Source of the DNA: Octopus bimaculoides
Taxonomy: Eukaryota
Direction of reading: 5' to 3'
Assembly: GCF_001194135.2 (NCBI RefSeq)
Contig: NC_068984.1
Coordinates: forward strand, 145,472,084 to 145,536,083
Length of the DNA: 64,000 nt
The number at the start of each line of letters is the position of its first letter. The stretch's first letter is position 1. Position numbers and translations under genes: made by a program. The notes under the pieces were generated by a model. It was given only the letters and a program-made list of their open reading frames with translations, was not told the DNA's origin and ran no database searches. Shown here piece by piece: positions 51,000 to 62,878 of the stretch.

Positions 51000-51080
51000 C
51001 TGATGAGAGCTAGCTGAGTACCCCCTCGTTGTGTAATTATTACATCAGAAGATCTGCTAACTAAGAAACATATGTAACCT
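51000..51080 (+). ncRNA. Hammerhead-like motif with extended stem II (PLE pLTR-type)
   Basis: CUGAUGA (51000-51006), stem II AGCUAGC/GCUAACU, GAAA (51065-51068), palindromic ACAUAUGU, GUA triplet. Stem I is not directly adjacent. Confidence 0.5.
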
Positions 51081-51115
51081 GGATTTCACCTGCTCCAGTC
51101 CCTCAATTTGGATTT

Positions 51116-51146
<31 letters not shown>

Positions 51147-51158
51147 GAACATACACAA

Positions 51159-51390
51159 ACAAGGGGGGTGCTGAAAAGTTGTTGACTTTAAGGGCATTGT
51201 GAAACGTCTAGTTGGAGGCCCAACCTTCTGAGTTCTTTCACAGGGCTTAGAAAAATTGAAGGACTGCTGCGATAAGTGTGTGAATCTGCAAGGAGAATAT
51301 GTTAAATAAAATATGTTGAATAAAATCACAAATGATTCTCCTGTATTTTCTTTTACCCAAAGCCAGGAACGTTTCACCACCCCTTCTTAT
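51159..51390 (+). mobile_element. Internally deleted mariner (MITE-like) with both TIRs
   Basis: Left end aagggggg-tgctgaaaagtt...cttt and right end aaagccaggaacgtttcaccacccc are imperfect inverted termini; internal GLEKLKDCCDKCVNLQGEYVK* is a mariner C-terminus. Confidence 0.8.
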
Positions 51391-51395
51391 ATATA

Positions 51396-51455
<60 letters not shown>

Positions 51456-53569
51456 GGTGTGCTAGTTACCAAAAGCAATTAATATTTAGGAGAATTATGT
51501 TCGGTAACTGAGTAACAGCATCATACCATAGAGGTTCCCTGTGGTTGGCATCAGCCACTACACACACCTCATTGGTGAGTCAGTCTCACTGACAAATATG
51601 CTTTACTAAAGTCAACTGCAGAAACCTTTGGGCAGGAGGTGAAAAGTAATCTGCTTCGCCAAAACAACCACACTAAACTCTACACATGTTTTACAATTAT
51701 GTAAAGAACGTGTGCGTGTGTGTAGGTGCAGGCATGGCTGTATGGCAAGTAGTTTCTAGCTCTGTTGTTCAGGGTTCAGTCCCACTGCATGGCACCTTGG
51801 GAAAGTGTTTTCTACTATAGCCTCAGGCTGACCAAAGCCATGTGAGTGGATTTGGTAGACAGAAACTAATGCATGTGTATATATTTGTGTGTCTGTGTTT
51901 GCGTCACAGTCATATGACAGAAACAAGTAAAAGAATAAAAGAATAAAAGAATATACACAACACACAGAGAAGAAGAGCAGATGAGAGTGCATCATAGATA
52001 TGGCTGCGGGCTGTGACAAAAGGACCCCAATGAATCAGCTGATTGATGAATGAAACGATTGAGTAAACTACTGAAATGTTGACTGACTGATAATAGCAAA
52101 AAGAAGTGAAATACGACTAGCATGTGTGTTTTTATTGGCAAAGTGACCCTTCCAAAGTACACCAAAAGTGTGTGTGTACATACATACAGACATACATATT
52201 TTTACACACACCATTCGAGCATGGTCATTACCAGTGCTGCCAGACTGGCTCCCGTGCAGGTAGCACATAAAAAACACCTCTTCAGCATGGTTGTTGCCAG
52301 AACCGCCTGACTGGCCCTCGTGCCAGTGGCACGTAAAAGCACCCCTTACACTCTCAGAGTGATTGGTGTTAGGAAGGGCATCCAGCTGTAGAAACTCTGC
52401 CAGATCAGATTGAGCCTGGTGCCTCCTTCTGGCTCACCAGTCCTCAGTCAAACTGTCCAACCCATGCCAGCATGGAAAGCAGACGTGAAACAACAACACA
52501 CATACCCTCCCTTCCCTGGCTAAATGCTAAAAAAGGGAGAGAGAGAGGGAGAAATAGAGAGATAATGTGAGGTAGTTAGAGTATAAGACAGGATAATTAA
52601 GCCAAACCCAATTCTAAGCAACAGGACAGACAACAACATTGATTTCAGTATAAAACCCAAAATGAGAAGTGATAAGCAAAAGAAGTTTCCATGACAACCT
52701 CTTTGAGTCTGTCTTGGTAAATGACAATAGTGACCTTGTTATCAGAGCTGTGACCTTAATAGTCATGTTCAACAACAACACAATGGATATTCTCACACTA
52801 CATGGAGGCTACATGGATGTTATGGTTCATGAAATAAAGAGAGTTCAAGATTTGCAGTTCTGTGATGTAAATGACTCAATATCATCATCATCATTTAAAG
52901 TCTACTTTTCTCTGCTTGCATGGGTCAGACATAATTGGTTGAAGCAGATTTTCTCCAGCCAGATGCCTTCCTGTTGCTAACCCTTGCCTGTTTTTCACAG
53001 AAGACTAGAAACAAATAGCATTGCTTGTAAGATGGTGATGCTCGTTTGCAACCATCCTGGATTTCAAGACAAGGACATACAAACACATTTGGAAGGGCAT
53101 CCAGCTGTAAAAATCATGCCAAAACTTAGTTCACATGTGTTAGTGCCACGTGAGAAGCACCAAGTTCACTCTGTAGAGGGGTTGGTGTTAGGAAGGGCAT
53201 CCAGCCATAAAAACCCTGCCAAAACACACGGTAGCCTAGGGTAGTATTCTACCTGGCCAGCTCCAGTCAACCATCCTACCCATGCATGTATGGAAGACAG
53301 ACATTAAACAATAATGATGATGATGATGATGATGATTGGGTCAAAATACTTGTCAAAAATATGAAGACAGAGGGAGGCAAGCAGGGGATGAGGCACAGTT
53401 CTGACTTACTGAAGACATCCATTGAAGTAGGATGTTCCCTCATCACTTGTCATGTGTGTGAAGGGGTGGGGTTGGAATTGGTGTCACCTCATTTTCACAA
53501 TGTGTGACAGTTGTAAATGGGTGTCACCACCATATAAGCAATGTCATTCATTCATATATATACATACAT

Positions 53570-53626
<57 letters not shown>

Positions 53627-53768
53627 NNNNNNNNNNNNNNNNNNNNNNNNNNNNNNNNNNNNNNNNNNNNNNNNNNNNNNNNNNNNNNNNNNNNNNNNNN
53701 NNNNNNNNNNNNNNNNNNNNNNNNNNNNNNNNNNNNNNNNNNNNNNNNNNNNNNNNNNNNNNNNNNNN

Positions 53769-53932
53769 CCTTATTTTAATGTGTATAAGGAACCCCCTAA
53801 TTTTGGGGGCTTAAAATTTGGAAAAAAAAAAGGTTTTGTAAGGGATTATAATACTATCCGTGTATAAGAAACTCCCATACTTTTTTAACCTAATTTTTGA
53901 CAAAAAAGGGTTACTCATACACGTTAAAATAT
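53769..53932. mobile_element. Possible pogo-type MITE end
   Basis: Repeated gtgtataag subterminal words and a ...tcatacacgttaaaata end; the left part is lost in the gap. Confidence 0.35.
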
Positions 53933-53940
53933 ATATATGT

Positions 53941-53981
<41 letters not shown>

Positions 53982-53983
<2 letters not shown>

Positions 53984-54784
53984 CAGGGTGCGATGGGTAA
54001 ATTGTCGCTACTTTATATTTTTAATTTTGTGCATGCACATTGTTTTTGATTTTGTTGACTACACGGTATAGTAGGGTCAGTTGGGCACTGTCTGTGAGAA
54101 AAACAGCACCATGATGCAATTCACTCAGCCAGAAATTTGGAAACAACATGTTGTACTGCTTGGCATTCATGTCAGAAGCTTCAATACGAACATCTCAGAG
54201 TGGGTGTCAATGCGAGGACAGTGCAATCTGAGGACATGTACTGAGAGTGATAAAAATCAAACATCCAGTCAACATCATACACAAAGGCCTACATCAAGTG
54301 CCTGGGGGAGGTAGTACTGCCCTGAGTCAAGAGGGCAGCTGCTGGAAAACCTTATGTCTGGCAACAGGTCTCTGCACCCTGCCACACAAGCAGGAGAACC
54401 CAGTCATGGCTGTCAGACAATTTCACCCCTAGCATCTGGCCACCTAACTCCCCAAACTGCAACCCCCTTGATTATTATGTGTGGGGCGCAGTTGAACGAG
54501 AGACCAATGAAACTCCTTGTAATACCAAACATGAACTGAAAGGCAAGGATTATGGCAGCATTCACCAACTTAATCAAAGGGACTGTCCAGAAGAGTTGCA
54601 GGAGATTCCAAAGTTGTCTGGAGGCTGTGCTTGAAGCCAATGGCGATTTTATTGAACAAATTTACTCTTTAGTATTTCAAGATATTTTAATGTAATTTTG
54701 GTAAATATATCTGTTAAAATGAGATGTCAGTGTTATTTTCATATTTGTGTAATTTACACAACAGACTATTCACCACACCCTGTA
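53982..54784 (+). mobile_element. Tc1/mariner-superfamily (maT/DD37D-like) internally deleted transposon
   Basis: TA-CAGGGTG ... CACCCTG-TA termini. Translation GKPYVWQQ.SAPCHTSRRTQSWL...WPPNSPNCNPLDYYVWGAVERE...RFQSCLEAVLEANGDFIE. Confidence 0.85.
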
Positions 54785-54798
54785 TTTAAAGAAATATA

Positions 54799-54872
<74 letters not shown>

Positions 54873-55574
54873 AATCTACATATATCACATAGATACACAC
54901 ACACATATATATGTATATACATATATATATGTATGTGTATATATGTATATATATATGTATATAAATATATGCGTGTATATATGCGCATGTGTGAGTTTGT
55001 GAATGTTAATATATGTATATGAAACAACTCCATTGTCATCTCTATTATCATTATGTTTATTTAATCAACCACTTTTTCAGGTTTGTGTGGGTCAGAGTGA
55101 ATGTCAATCAGATGCTCTTCTCATTGACAAACCTTATCTATTTCCAAGTAAAGTAATGTTTATCCTAACACTTCAGACATGAATAGCTCAATCACTAGAC
55201 ATGCTTTTCTGGAGGATGACAAACAAACAACACCACTTGTATGATAGTGGTTCCTGTTTATAATTAGTGGGGGTCATGACGGAACAAAGGCAAACACGCA
55301 CACACACACACATAGGTACAACACTATCCTTTTTACGTCCCCTCTCCATGCTCACATGAGTGAGACAATTTTTGATGAGGCAGACTTTTCTAATGGTTGA
55401 ATGCTTTTTCTTTCACCTGTTTCCAGGGTGATTTCTCTCCATAACAGACATGTTTTCATGGAAAATTCAAAATGAAGTACACAGCTTACATGATGGCCAC
55501 ATTCATTTACAACTACTGTGTGATGTCAAAGTGAGGAGATAGTAATACACACATATGTATATATATATATATTT

Positions 55575-56290
55575 TCCATTCTCCGAACTTTCTGTCTTTC
55601 CGACGAAGGGCTCCACCCAAAACGTCATACTCTCTCTCCTTCCTTTCCCGAGCGTCCAATAACACTATCCGTATCACGTCCTCACTTTGTTGTTTTTTTG
55701 TTATTGTTTTTTGTGTTTTTTTGAAGCTATATATATATATATATATATATATATANNNNNNNNNNNNNNNNNNNNNNNNNNNNNNNNNNNNNNNNNNNNN
55801 NNNNNNNNNNNNNNNNNNNNNNNNNNNNNNNNNNNNNNNNNNNNNNNNNNNNNNNNNNNNNNNNNNNNNNNNNNNNNNNNNNNNNNNNNNNNNNNNNNNN
55901 NNNNNNNNNNNNNNNNNNNNNNNNNNNNNNNNNNNNNNNNNNNNNNNNNNNNNNNNNNNNNNNNNNNNNNNNNNNNNNNNNNNNNNNNNNNNNNNNNNNN
56001 NNNNTATATATATACACTGTCCGGTTTGTGTTACCTATTTTGACCCTCTTCAAAACCCCAAATTTGATTTAATTTGCTTTGCGGGAGCAACAGTTTTATC
56101 TAAAGCTTTTTTTTCTTGTTAAATGCTCGAAATACGAGACTAGAAAAGCAGCCAACAACTAACGAAGGGTCGCTCTTTATGTTATTTGTTTTGTTTTCCA
56201 TTTGTGTCTTTCATTTCCGAAAGAATGTTCATGTTTCATGTACTCGTACTTTGTATTTTTTTGTTGTACATATTTCATGACATCCTGTGC
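55575..56290 (+). mobile_element. Probable PLE pLTR-type remnant(s) flanking an assembly gap
   Basis: Hammerhead-like core followed by a T-rich tail and (TA)n; CpG-rich relative to its flanks. Classification is inferred from architecture only. Confidence 0.35.
55600..55627 (+). ncRNA. Degenerate minimal hammerhead-like motif
   Basis: CCGACGA-AGGG-cucca-CCC-AAAA-CGUC-A: two substitutions from CUGACGA...GAAACGUC, with palindromic ACGU helix III. Confidence 0.4.
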
Positions 56291-56335
56291 CCACATATGC
56301 ATATATATATATATATATATATATATTATTTATAT

Positions 56336-56374
<39 letters not shown>

Positions 56375-56562
56375 AGCTTCTAGCAACTTCTGACAACCAA
56401 TCAATTCACAAGGCTTTGGTTGTCCCAGGGCTGCAGCAGAAGATGCTTGACCAAGGTGCCATGTTATGGGATTGAACCCACAGTCATGATGTGGTTAGGA
56501 AGCAAACTTCTAACCACGTAGCCAGGTCTGCACATGTATGTACGTATGTATGTATGTATGTA

Positions 56563-56611
<49 letters not shown>

Positions 56612-57029
56612 TATATATCTTTTATCTTTTATTTGTTTCAGTCATTTGACTGCGGCCATGCTGGGGCACCACCTTTAAGAATTTTAGTTGAATGAATCAG
56701 CCCCAGTATTTTCTTTTTAAAAACTAGTAATTATTCTATCAGTTCTCTTTACCAAACCATTAGGTTAAGGGGACACACCCACACTGTTTCTGAAGACGTG
56801 GTGGTGGACAAACACAAAGATACACACACACACACATATATATAGGACAAGCTTTTTCTCATTTTTTGTCTACCAAATCCACTCAAAAGCTTTGGATGGC
56901 CCAAGACACTTATATCAACTTATATACATCTATATATAGAGAGAGAGAGAGTGTATGTAAAGGTGGGTGGGTGTGTGTTTGAGATAAGGGCCCATATATA
57001 TATAAAAGTAACAGGCACCGAGCAATTAA

Positions 57030-57290
57030 GGGTATTCAAGACATCATGCTACAGACAAATGGTGTAGGTCTGCTGGGTGGTTCATAGAATGACTGAATCA
57101 ATACCAGAAGAGACAGGAGTGGAACAAAAATTAGTGACGATGGTCACTAATATTTTGCAATATTTTGGCAATGTTATTAGGGCCCAGAGCCTCTCTGTCT
57201 GCACCCTTGATGCCTGAGTGAACAAAAAACAGGCTCTTGGACAACAAAGACGGAAGGGGAACAATCCAATGGAATGTCAAGGAGACGAAC
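57030..57290 (+). mobile_element. RTE-clade LINE ORF C-terminal relic
   Basis: RMTESIPEETGVEQKLVTMVTNILQYFGNVIRAQSLSVCTLDA*V, resembling RTE TNESIL.E...KL..FGHV.R...IL.G. Confidence 0.65.
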
Positions 57291-57495
57291 TTGCAGAACT
57301 GTTAGCACACCAGACGTAATACTGCCAAGTATTTCGTCCATCTTTGCATTCTGAGTTCAAATTCCGCCGAGGTCGACTTTGCCTTTCATCCTTTTGGGGT
57401 CGATAAATTAAGTACCAGTTGCATATTGGGATCTAATCGACTGGCCCCCTTCCCCCAAAAATTCTGGGCCGTGTGCCTAGAATAGAAAAGAATCC
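57290..57495 (+). mobile_element. SINE family C copy
   Basis: Same consensus as 62545-62760, with CpGs intact. Confidence 0.85.
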
Positions 57496-57647
57496 AATGG
57501 GATGTGTATGCAAGTGCAGCACAAGAACACAGGTGTAGTACATTGTGGTATCTGTTTGGAGGTGGGGGAGCACCACCCCTCAGACATGAAGATGGGACAT
57601 AATCATACACTAATTCCCAAATGTGTGTAGCTATCTATCTATCTATC

Positions 57648-57692
<45 letters not shown>

Positions 57693-57959
57693 ATGTATGT
57701 ATGTGTGTGTGTGTGTGTGTGTTCGAACCCGTATGTGCAGGAAAAGCTGTATATTCTATTCGCTTTGGATAACAATAACCGGTTGATTATATTAAGCAGA
57801 TGATATAACAATATCCTGAACGTGTTTGGGACCCTACAATTTTGATGTCTCCAACACACACACACACATACATACACACACACACAGTGTGAGAGAAAGA
57901 GAAAGAGTGACTCAAGAAAAGAAAGATAATGGTAATTAGGACGAATCTAAAATATTTTT

Positions 57960-58200
57960 GGGTTGATTTCCCGGCCACGAGCTAACAAGGTACCCTCTGC
58001 CTGGTCGCTTCATACGCTAGAAATAGCAACCAAATCGCAACTTACTACCTTGGTGAAGTGATAGACACATTGAATGATGTAGTCCGAGATATACTATGTC
58101 TAGAAGGAAAAAAAATGGGACGGTCGTAGACGGAATACCTTTCATGATAAGCCTGTTGAATAAGAGGTGATTCGGAATGGGGTGGCGTTAAGCAACCACC
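57960..58200 (+). repeat. Interspersed repeat tail (gctagaaatagcagccaaat family)
   Basis: Homologous segments at ~5500-5580, 5890-6020, 6330-6520 (minus), 8140-8250, 9250-9430 and 13770-13880 (minus). Confidence 0.6.
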
Positions 58201-58827
58201 GCCCTTGGTGTAATTTAATAGCTGGGAATGTAGTGTAGTTTAAACTGTAGTCTCAGTAAGAGTGTGTTTTTGATGTTGTCATAATTTTTATCGGGAACGT
58301 ACAAGGGAAGATTAGGTTACCAAAAGGAAAAATAAACATTTAACAGTTATAGAAAATTAATATTAAACAGATATGCCACAAAAAAGGGAAGACATTGGCT
58401 TTACGGTTCTGTGGTTGAATAAATAAATAAATAAATAAATAAACAAATAATAAATAAATAAATGAAAAGTCTATAGTTTCACGTGAAAAATCAAAACAAA
58501 GCACACATCAAAAATCTGAGAACCAATAAACCGATTCTGCTTTACCGATCAGGTAAAGTGCTGTGATCGATCAGTTTCATCTATAGTTATAATAAGAAAT
58601 ATCATATTTTTCCGCGAAGGATGGACAGAAAAGAAAAACCTGGCAAAAACGCATTCCTGAAAGTGAAGATCCAAAAATCATGAAACTCATGTTGTGATTT
58701 TTACGTAGAGCAGTACAGAGGATATTTGATATCATTAGGGAACGGTAAGGGTTCCGACACGATAGGACCTTACATGGCTCTCATGAACGATGGTTATATG
58801 TATATAGAGAAATATAAGAAGACTTAC

Positions 58828-59075
58828 CAAAAAGAAATGCGGTCTTTGGGGTAGTTGAGGATTTCCAACTGACCGAGAACCCAAGGTAAGGCGTGTCCTT
58901 CGTTGCGCACAGCTAACGCTATCAAAACTGTCGGAGGGAGCTTCGACTCCGCATTGTTCGTAGAATTATTGTTCAATATATTATCACTATATACAACTAG
59001 AAAATTCGAAATAAATACAGCAAAACATAGTAATGTTTGCGGGAGGTAGCTCCACGTCAACTTAGACGCAGCCAT
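58828..59075 (-). CDS. COLGALT1: First coding exon of procollagen galactosyltransferase (glycosyltransferase family 25, COLGALT1/COLGALT2-like)
   Basis: Translation MAASKLTWSYLPQTLLCFAVFISNFLVVYS...PTVLIALAVRNEGHALPWVLGQLEILNYPKDRISFW: a signal-peptide-like N-terminus followed by the family motif (human COLGALT1 PRVLIALLARNAAHALP...HPRERTALW). ATG context caacATGG. The exon ends ATT TCT TTT TG|GTAAGT (phase-2 donor at 58827-58822). Which paralog it is cannot be resolved; the symbol is used as a family label. Confidence 0.9.
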
Positions 59076-59330
59076 GTTGCCAGGCGAACAACACTAACTT
59101 CGACACTAAAGAGTTCTGCTGCTGTTTTTACTGAAGCAGTCGACTTTTCTGCCAGCTCCACGCCCCCACCAAACTCCTCCTCCTCCTTCCTCCTCCTTCC
59201 TCCAGCTGTTATCTGCCTCCACCTTAAGCTCCCGTTCTTCGATGTTGGGGAGTGGTGGTGGTGGTGGTGGTGGTGGTGGTGGTGGAGGATAAGATTGGTC
59301 TGTCTTAAGAGATTTTTATATCTCTTCTCT
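59076..59330 (-). promoter_or_regulatory. Candidate core promoter / 5' UTR of the COLGALT gene
   Basis: CpG-retaining region. On the minus strand a GC-box GGGGGCGTGG (59167-59158) lies 24-33 nt upstream of an Inr-like TCAGT (59134-59130); CCAAT and TATAAAA-like words lie further upstream (~59297-59320). Motif reading only. Confidence 0.4.
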
Positions 59331-59784
59331 TCAAAGTGAGTGTGTAGAAGTGTGCACTCGATCTTTCTCTCACATTAGGGTGTGTATGTAGAGCAACATT
59401 TATGTGCGTGTGTACGTATAAGTGCATATATGTATGTGTATATGTTTGAGTGTACATATATGTGTGTATGCTTCTTTATACATGTGTGGTTATATATATA
59501 TGTATAATTATGTGTGTGTGTATGTATCATCATAATCCTCACTGTCATTTATATATGTACGTATGTATGTATGTATGTATGTATGTGTGTGTGTATATAC
59601 ATATATACACCCATATACACATATATATCATCATCATCATTATCATCATCATCATTTAACGCCCGTTTTCCATGCTGGCATGGGTTGGACGGTTTGACAG
59701 GATAAACCAACGAAAGGGTTGTTCAGGCTCCCACAACCACACATACATGTATGCATGCGTGTGTATATATAGATTTTATATACA

Positions 59785-59887
59785 TAGGCGCTGTGTGGCT
59801 ATGTGGTAAGAAGCTTGCTTACCAACCACATGGTTCCGGGTTCAGTCCCACTGCGTGGCACCTTGGGCAAGTGTCTTNNNNNNNNNN

Positions 59888-59955
<68 letters not shown>

Positions 59956-60180
59956 TTGTGTGTTTGTGTGTTTGTGTCTATGTTTGTCCCTCCACCATCA
60001 CTTGACAACTGATGTTGGCGTGTTTACGTCCTCGTAACACAGCTGTTCGGCAAAGGAGACCGATAGAATAAGTACTAGGCTTACAAAGAATAAGTCCAGT
60101 GGTTGATTTCTTCGACTAAAAGGCGGTGCTCCAGCATGGCCACAATCAAAATGACTGAAACAAGTAAAAGCATAAAAGAA
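59785..60180 (+). mobile_element. tRNA-derived CORE-like SINE (family B), near full length, CR1-type tail
   Basis: gtggctatgtggtaagaagcttgct...ggttccgggttcagtccc (A/B boxes), gcaccttgggcaagtgtctt (CORE-like), (GT)n hinge, tail ggtgctccagcatggcc...gaaacaagtaaaag. Other full or partial copies at ~9483-9900+, 13190-13630-, 23520-23850-, 23870-24125+, 30670-30940-, 33600-33960-, 46745-46940-, 49640-49865-, 51722-51950+, 56370-56905-, 63345-63735+. Confidence 0.9.
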
Positions 60181-61140
60181 TTCACCACTGGGATACACAG
60201 ATGCACACCTTCTGAGCACCTGAAACTACGGAATTGGAAGTGTTTGTTGCAAATGGGAAGAATACCAAAGCTACTGCAACACCATTTTACCCTAAGAGGA
60301 GGAGAATCTATCAAATATACAATATAAGTATGTGCAGGCATAGGCATAGCTGGGTGGTAAGAAGTTTGCTTCTCAACCATATGGTTTAAGGTTCAGTCCC
60401 AGAATGTGGCACTTTGGGAAAATGCTTTTTATGACAGCCCTGAGCTGGCCAAAACTTTGTAAGTGGATTTGGTAGATGGAAACTAAAAGAAGCCCTCAAA
60501 TATGTATATATGTATATGTGTGTGTAAATGAGTGAGTCACCATCTCCTTGCCTTGATTTCATGCAATGGTTATATAAGGGGTACCACTAGACACAATGCT
60601 AGACTAGCATAAGGGGTGGTTTTGAAATTAAGACAGAGATGCTTTCACAGCAGACTCACTCTCTCCCCCCTCACACAATATACTCAGTGGTAAGATAAGC
60701 CAATAACACAGCTAACACAGGATTATCTCAACCTAAGCAGGAGAACCACCATTTATCCACCACACAGTATTACTACTCCCTAGACACAGATGTTAAACTA
60801 GTGCAGCACTGATGGTACTTAATGGTCACAGATGTGTGTTACCTCCTGCAACCTCAAGAACAAAAAAAAAGTCATGAGATTTCAGAAGGCTGCAAAAGCT
60901 AATGAAAGGATCTCCATATCTCTCAGTACAATAAACCTTGGTTTGTGTCCAGGCCAAAAGATATCATTCCAAATGTTTGCCCTGCATTTTCTGCCCAACA
61001 CGATGATGTGCTACTACCGGTTGCTCTACCAGCTGTTGCTCTTTCTTTGGACAACTGCTGACAACTTCAAAGCGGTGGAGATGACGATCATATATTGCTT
61101 CCAAGTTTCTTTTGAATTAATGAACACAGGCCACTAAACA

Positions 61141-61182
<42 letters not shown>

Positions 61183-61344
61183 TACATACATATAGACATT
61201 TACATGCCCACATAAATACATATATTCATATATATAAGTGCTTTGCTGCTTCCATTTCTCCAATCTTTCCAAAGGTAGTGCTCCAGCATGGCCACAGTCA
61301 ATTGATTGAAACAAGTAAAAGAATAAAATAATAAAGGGAATTAA

Positions 61345-61525
61345 ATACAGCGTGCAAGAGAGAAGAAGACTGCACTAGTTTGGTCATGTGATGTGTATGG
61401 ATGGGGACAGTTGCATAAAGAAGGGCCAATCCCTTAAAGTGAATAGAAAAGCATGGAAGAGAGAGATCCAGAAAGACATGGCACAAAGTACCGAAGGTCA
61501 ATCTCAAGACTGAGCTTTATGAAGG
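61345..61525 (+). mobile_element. RTE-clade LINE ORF C-terminal relic
   Basis: QERRRLH*FGHVMCMDGDSCIKK...GRERSRKTWHKV...EMTKD, i.e. RRLRWFGHVMRM...GRGRPRKTW...MT.DR. Confidence 0.75.
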
Positions 61526-61704
61526 AGATGACAAAAGACCAGGATATTTGATACCTTGTTGTACTCACGGTCCCCAATGCTCAACTGACACTTATTCCAT
61601 CGACCATGAAAGGATGAAAGGCAAAGGTGATCTCGGTGGAATTTGAACTTAGAATGTAAAGGTAAACGAAATGCTGCTGAGCTATTTACTTAACAATCCT
61701 AACA

Positions 61705-62330
61705 TCAAAGTAAACACATACACACATACACATACATTTATAGATATATATACACACACATACACATTCTCGCATACACATACACACATGTACGTACACA
61801 CATGTACGTACACACATACACATACTCACATACACACATACACATTCAGACATACAAGTACACAGACACGTACATACATACACACATACATATAGACATA
61901 CACACATATACATACACACACGAATACACACATACACACACATACACGTNNNNNNNNNNATACACATACACACATGTACGTACACACATGTACGTACACA
62001 CATACACATACTCACATACACACATACACATTCAGACATACAAGTACACAGACACGTACATACATACACACATACATATAGACATACACACATATACATA
62101 CACACACGAATACACACATACACACACATACACGTGCACATACACACATACATATACAGACATACACACTTACACATGCATGTACACACATACACGTACA
62201 CACATACAGATACACACATACACGTATGTACATAAACGCACACATACACACATGCATACATACATGCATGCACACATACATACATACATACATACATACA
62301 TACACGTAAACCTACGTAGTAGATATACAA
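61705..62330. repeat. Long degenerate (CA/TA) tract with a duplicated block around a 10-N gap
   Basis: Direct; ~61790-61949 is repeated at ~61965-62133. Confidence 0.9.
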
Positions 62331-62359
62331 ATATAGCAAATTTAACTTTTTCCGAAGAT

Positions 62360-62410
62360 GAACAACTTCAATCGATTTTCGAAACTTATTGCATTCTCAT
62401 CAGTGACGTC
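62360..62410 (-). ncRNA. Minimal type I hammerhead-like motif (repeat family R, copy B)
   Basis: Minus strand GACGUCA CUGAUGA GAAU-GCAAUAAG-UUUC GAAA AUCGAU UG AAGUUGUUC; both core boxes intact, stem I eroded, N17=G. Confidence 0.6.
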
Positions 62411-62544
62411 TTACATATCTTGACCGATCCCAGATAAACACTCAGCTAATCTCTTTCTATACACAACAAATCCAGTAGCTTCAGAGAACAGGAGGGACTA
62501 ATTAGTATATTATAAGTGTTTCACCCTTTATTTGATAGCTGCCA

Positions 62545-62760
62545 AGGCAGCGAGCTGGCAGAGTCGTTAGCACGCAGGACGAAATGCTTAGTGATAGTTC
62601 GCCCGTCGCTACGTTCTGAGTTCAAATTCCGCCGAGGTCGACTTTGCCTTTCATCCTTTCGAGGTTGATAAAATAAATACCAGTGAAACACTGATATAAT
62701 CGACTAGTCCCCCCCTCCCCACAAAATTTCAGGCCTTGTGCCTATAGCAGAAAGGATTAA
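62545..62760 (+). mobile_element. tRNA-derived Nin/Deu-domain-like SINE (family C)
   Basis: ggcagcgagctggcagagtcgttagcacg...ctgagttcaaattccgccgaggtcgactttgcctttcatcctttc...gataaaataaataccag. Other copies at ~2510-2715+, 7270-7430-, 13945-14160+, 18725-18990+, 38845-39050-, 49325-49495-, 57290-57495+, 61545-61690-. Domain naming is from recall of the consensus. Confidence 0.85.
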
Positions 62761-62827
62761 ATACCAGCAGCCAAGGAGATCTCAACTCACACAACATCAA
62801 GGTATGGTTATGCTGTGAAAAACTAAT

Positions 62828-62878
62828 GAACGGCCTTAATCGATTTTCGGACCTTATCGAATTTTCATCAGAGGTGTC
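62828..62878 (-). ncRNA. Minimal type I hammerhead-like motif (repeat family R, copy C)
   Basis: Minus strand GACACCU CUGAUGA AAAU-UCGAUAAG-GUCC GAAA AUCGAU UA^AGGCCGUUC; core boxes and UUA cleavage triplet intact, stem I CCU/AGG, stem II eroded. Confidence 0.6.

Noticed and set aside
56120-56180. gctcgaaatacg... and ctaacgaagggtcgctc as further ribozyme cores
   Set aside because: The boxes are not in the right order or pairing to build a hammerhead from this copy.
61790-62133. ~160 bp tandem duplication in the CA/TA tract
   Set aside because: It flanks a 10-N gap (61950-61959); most likely an assembly artefact.
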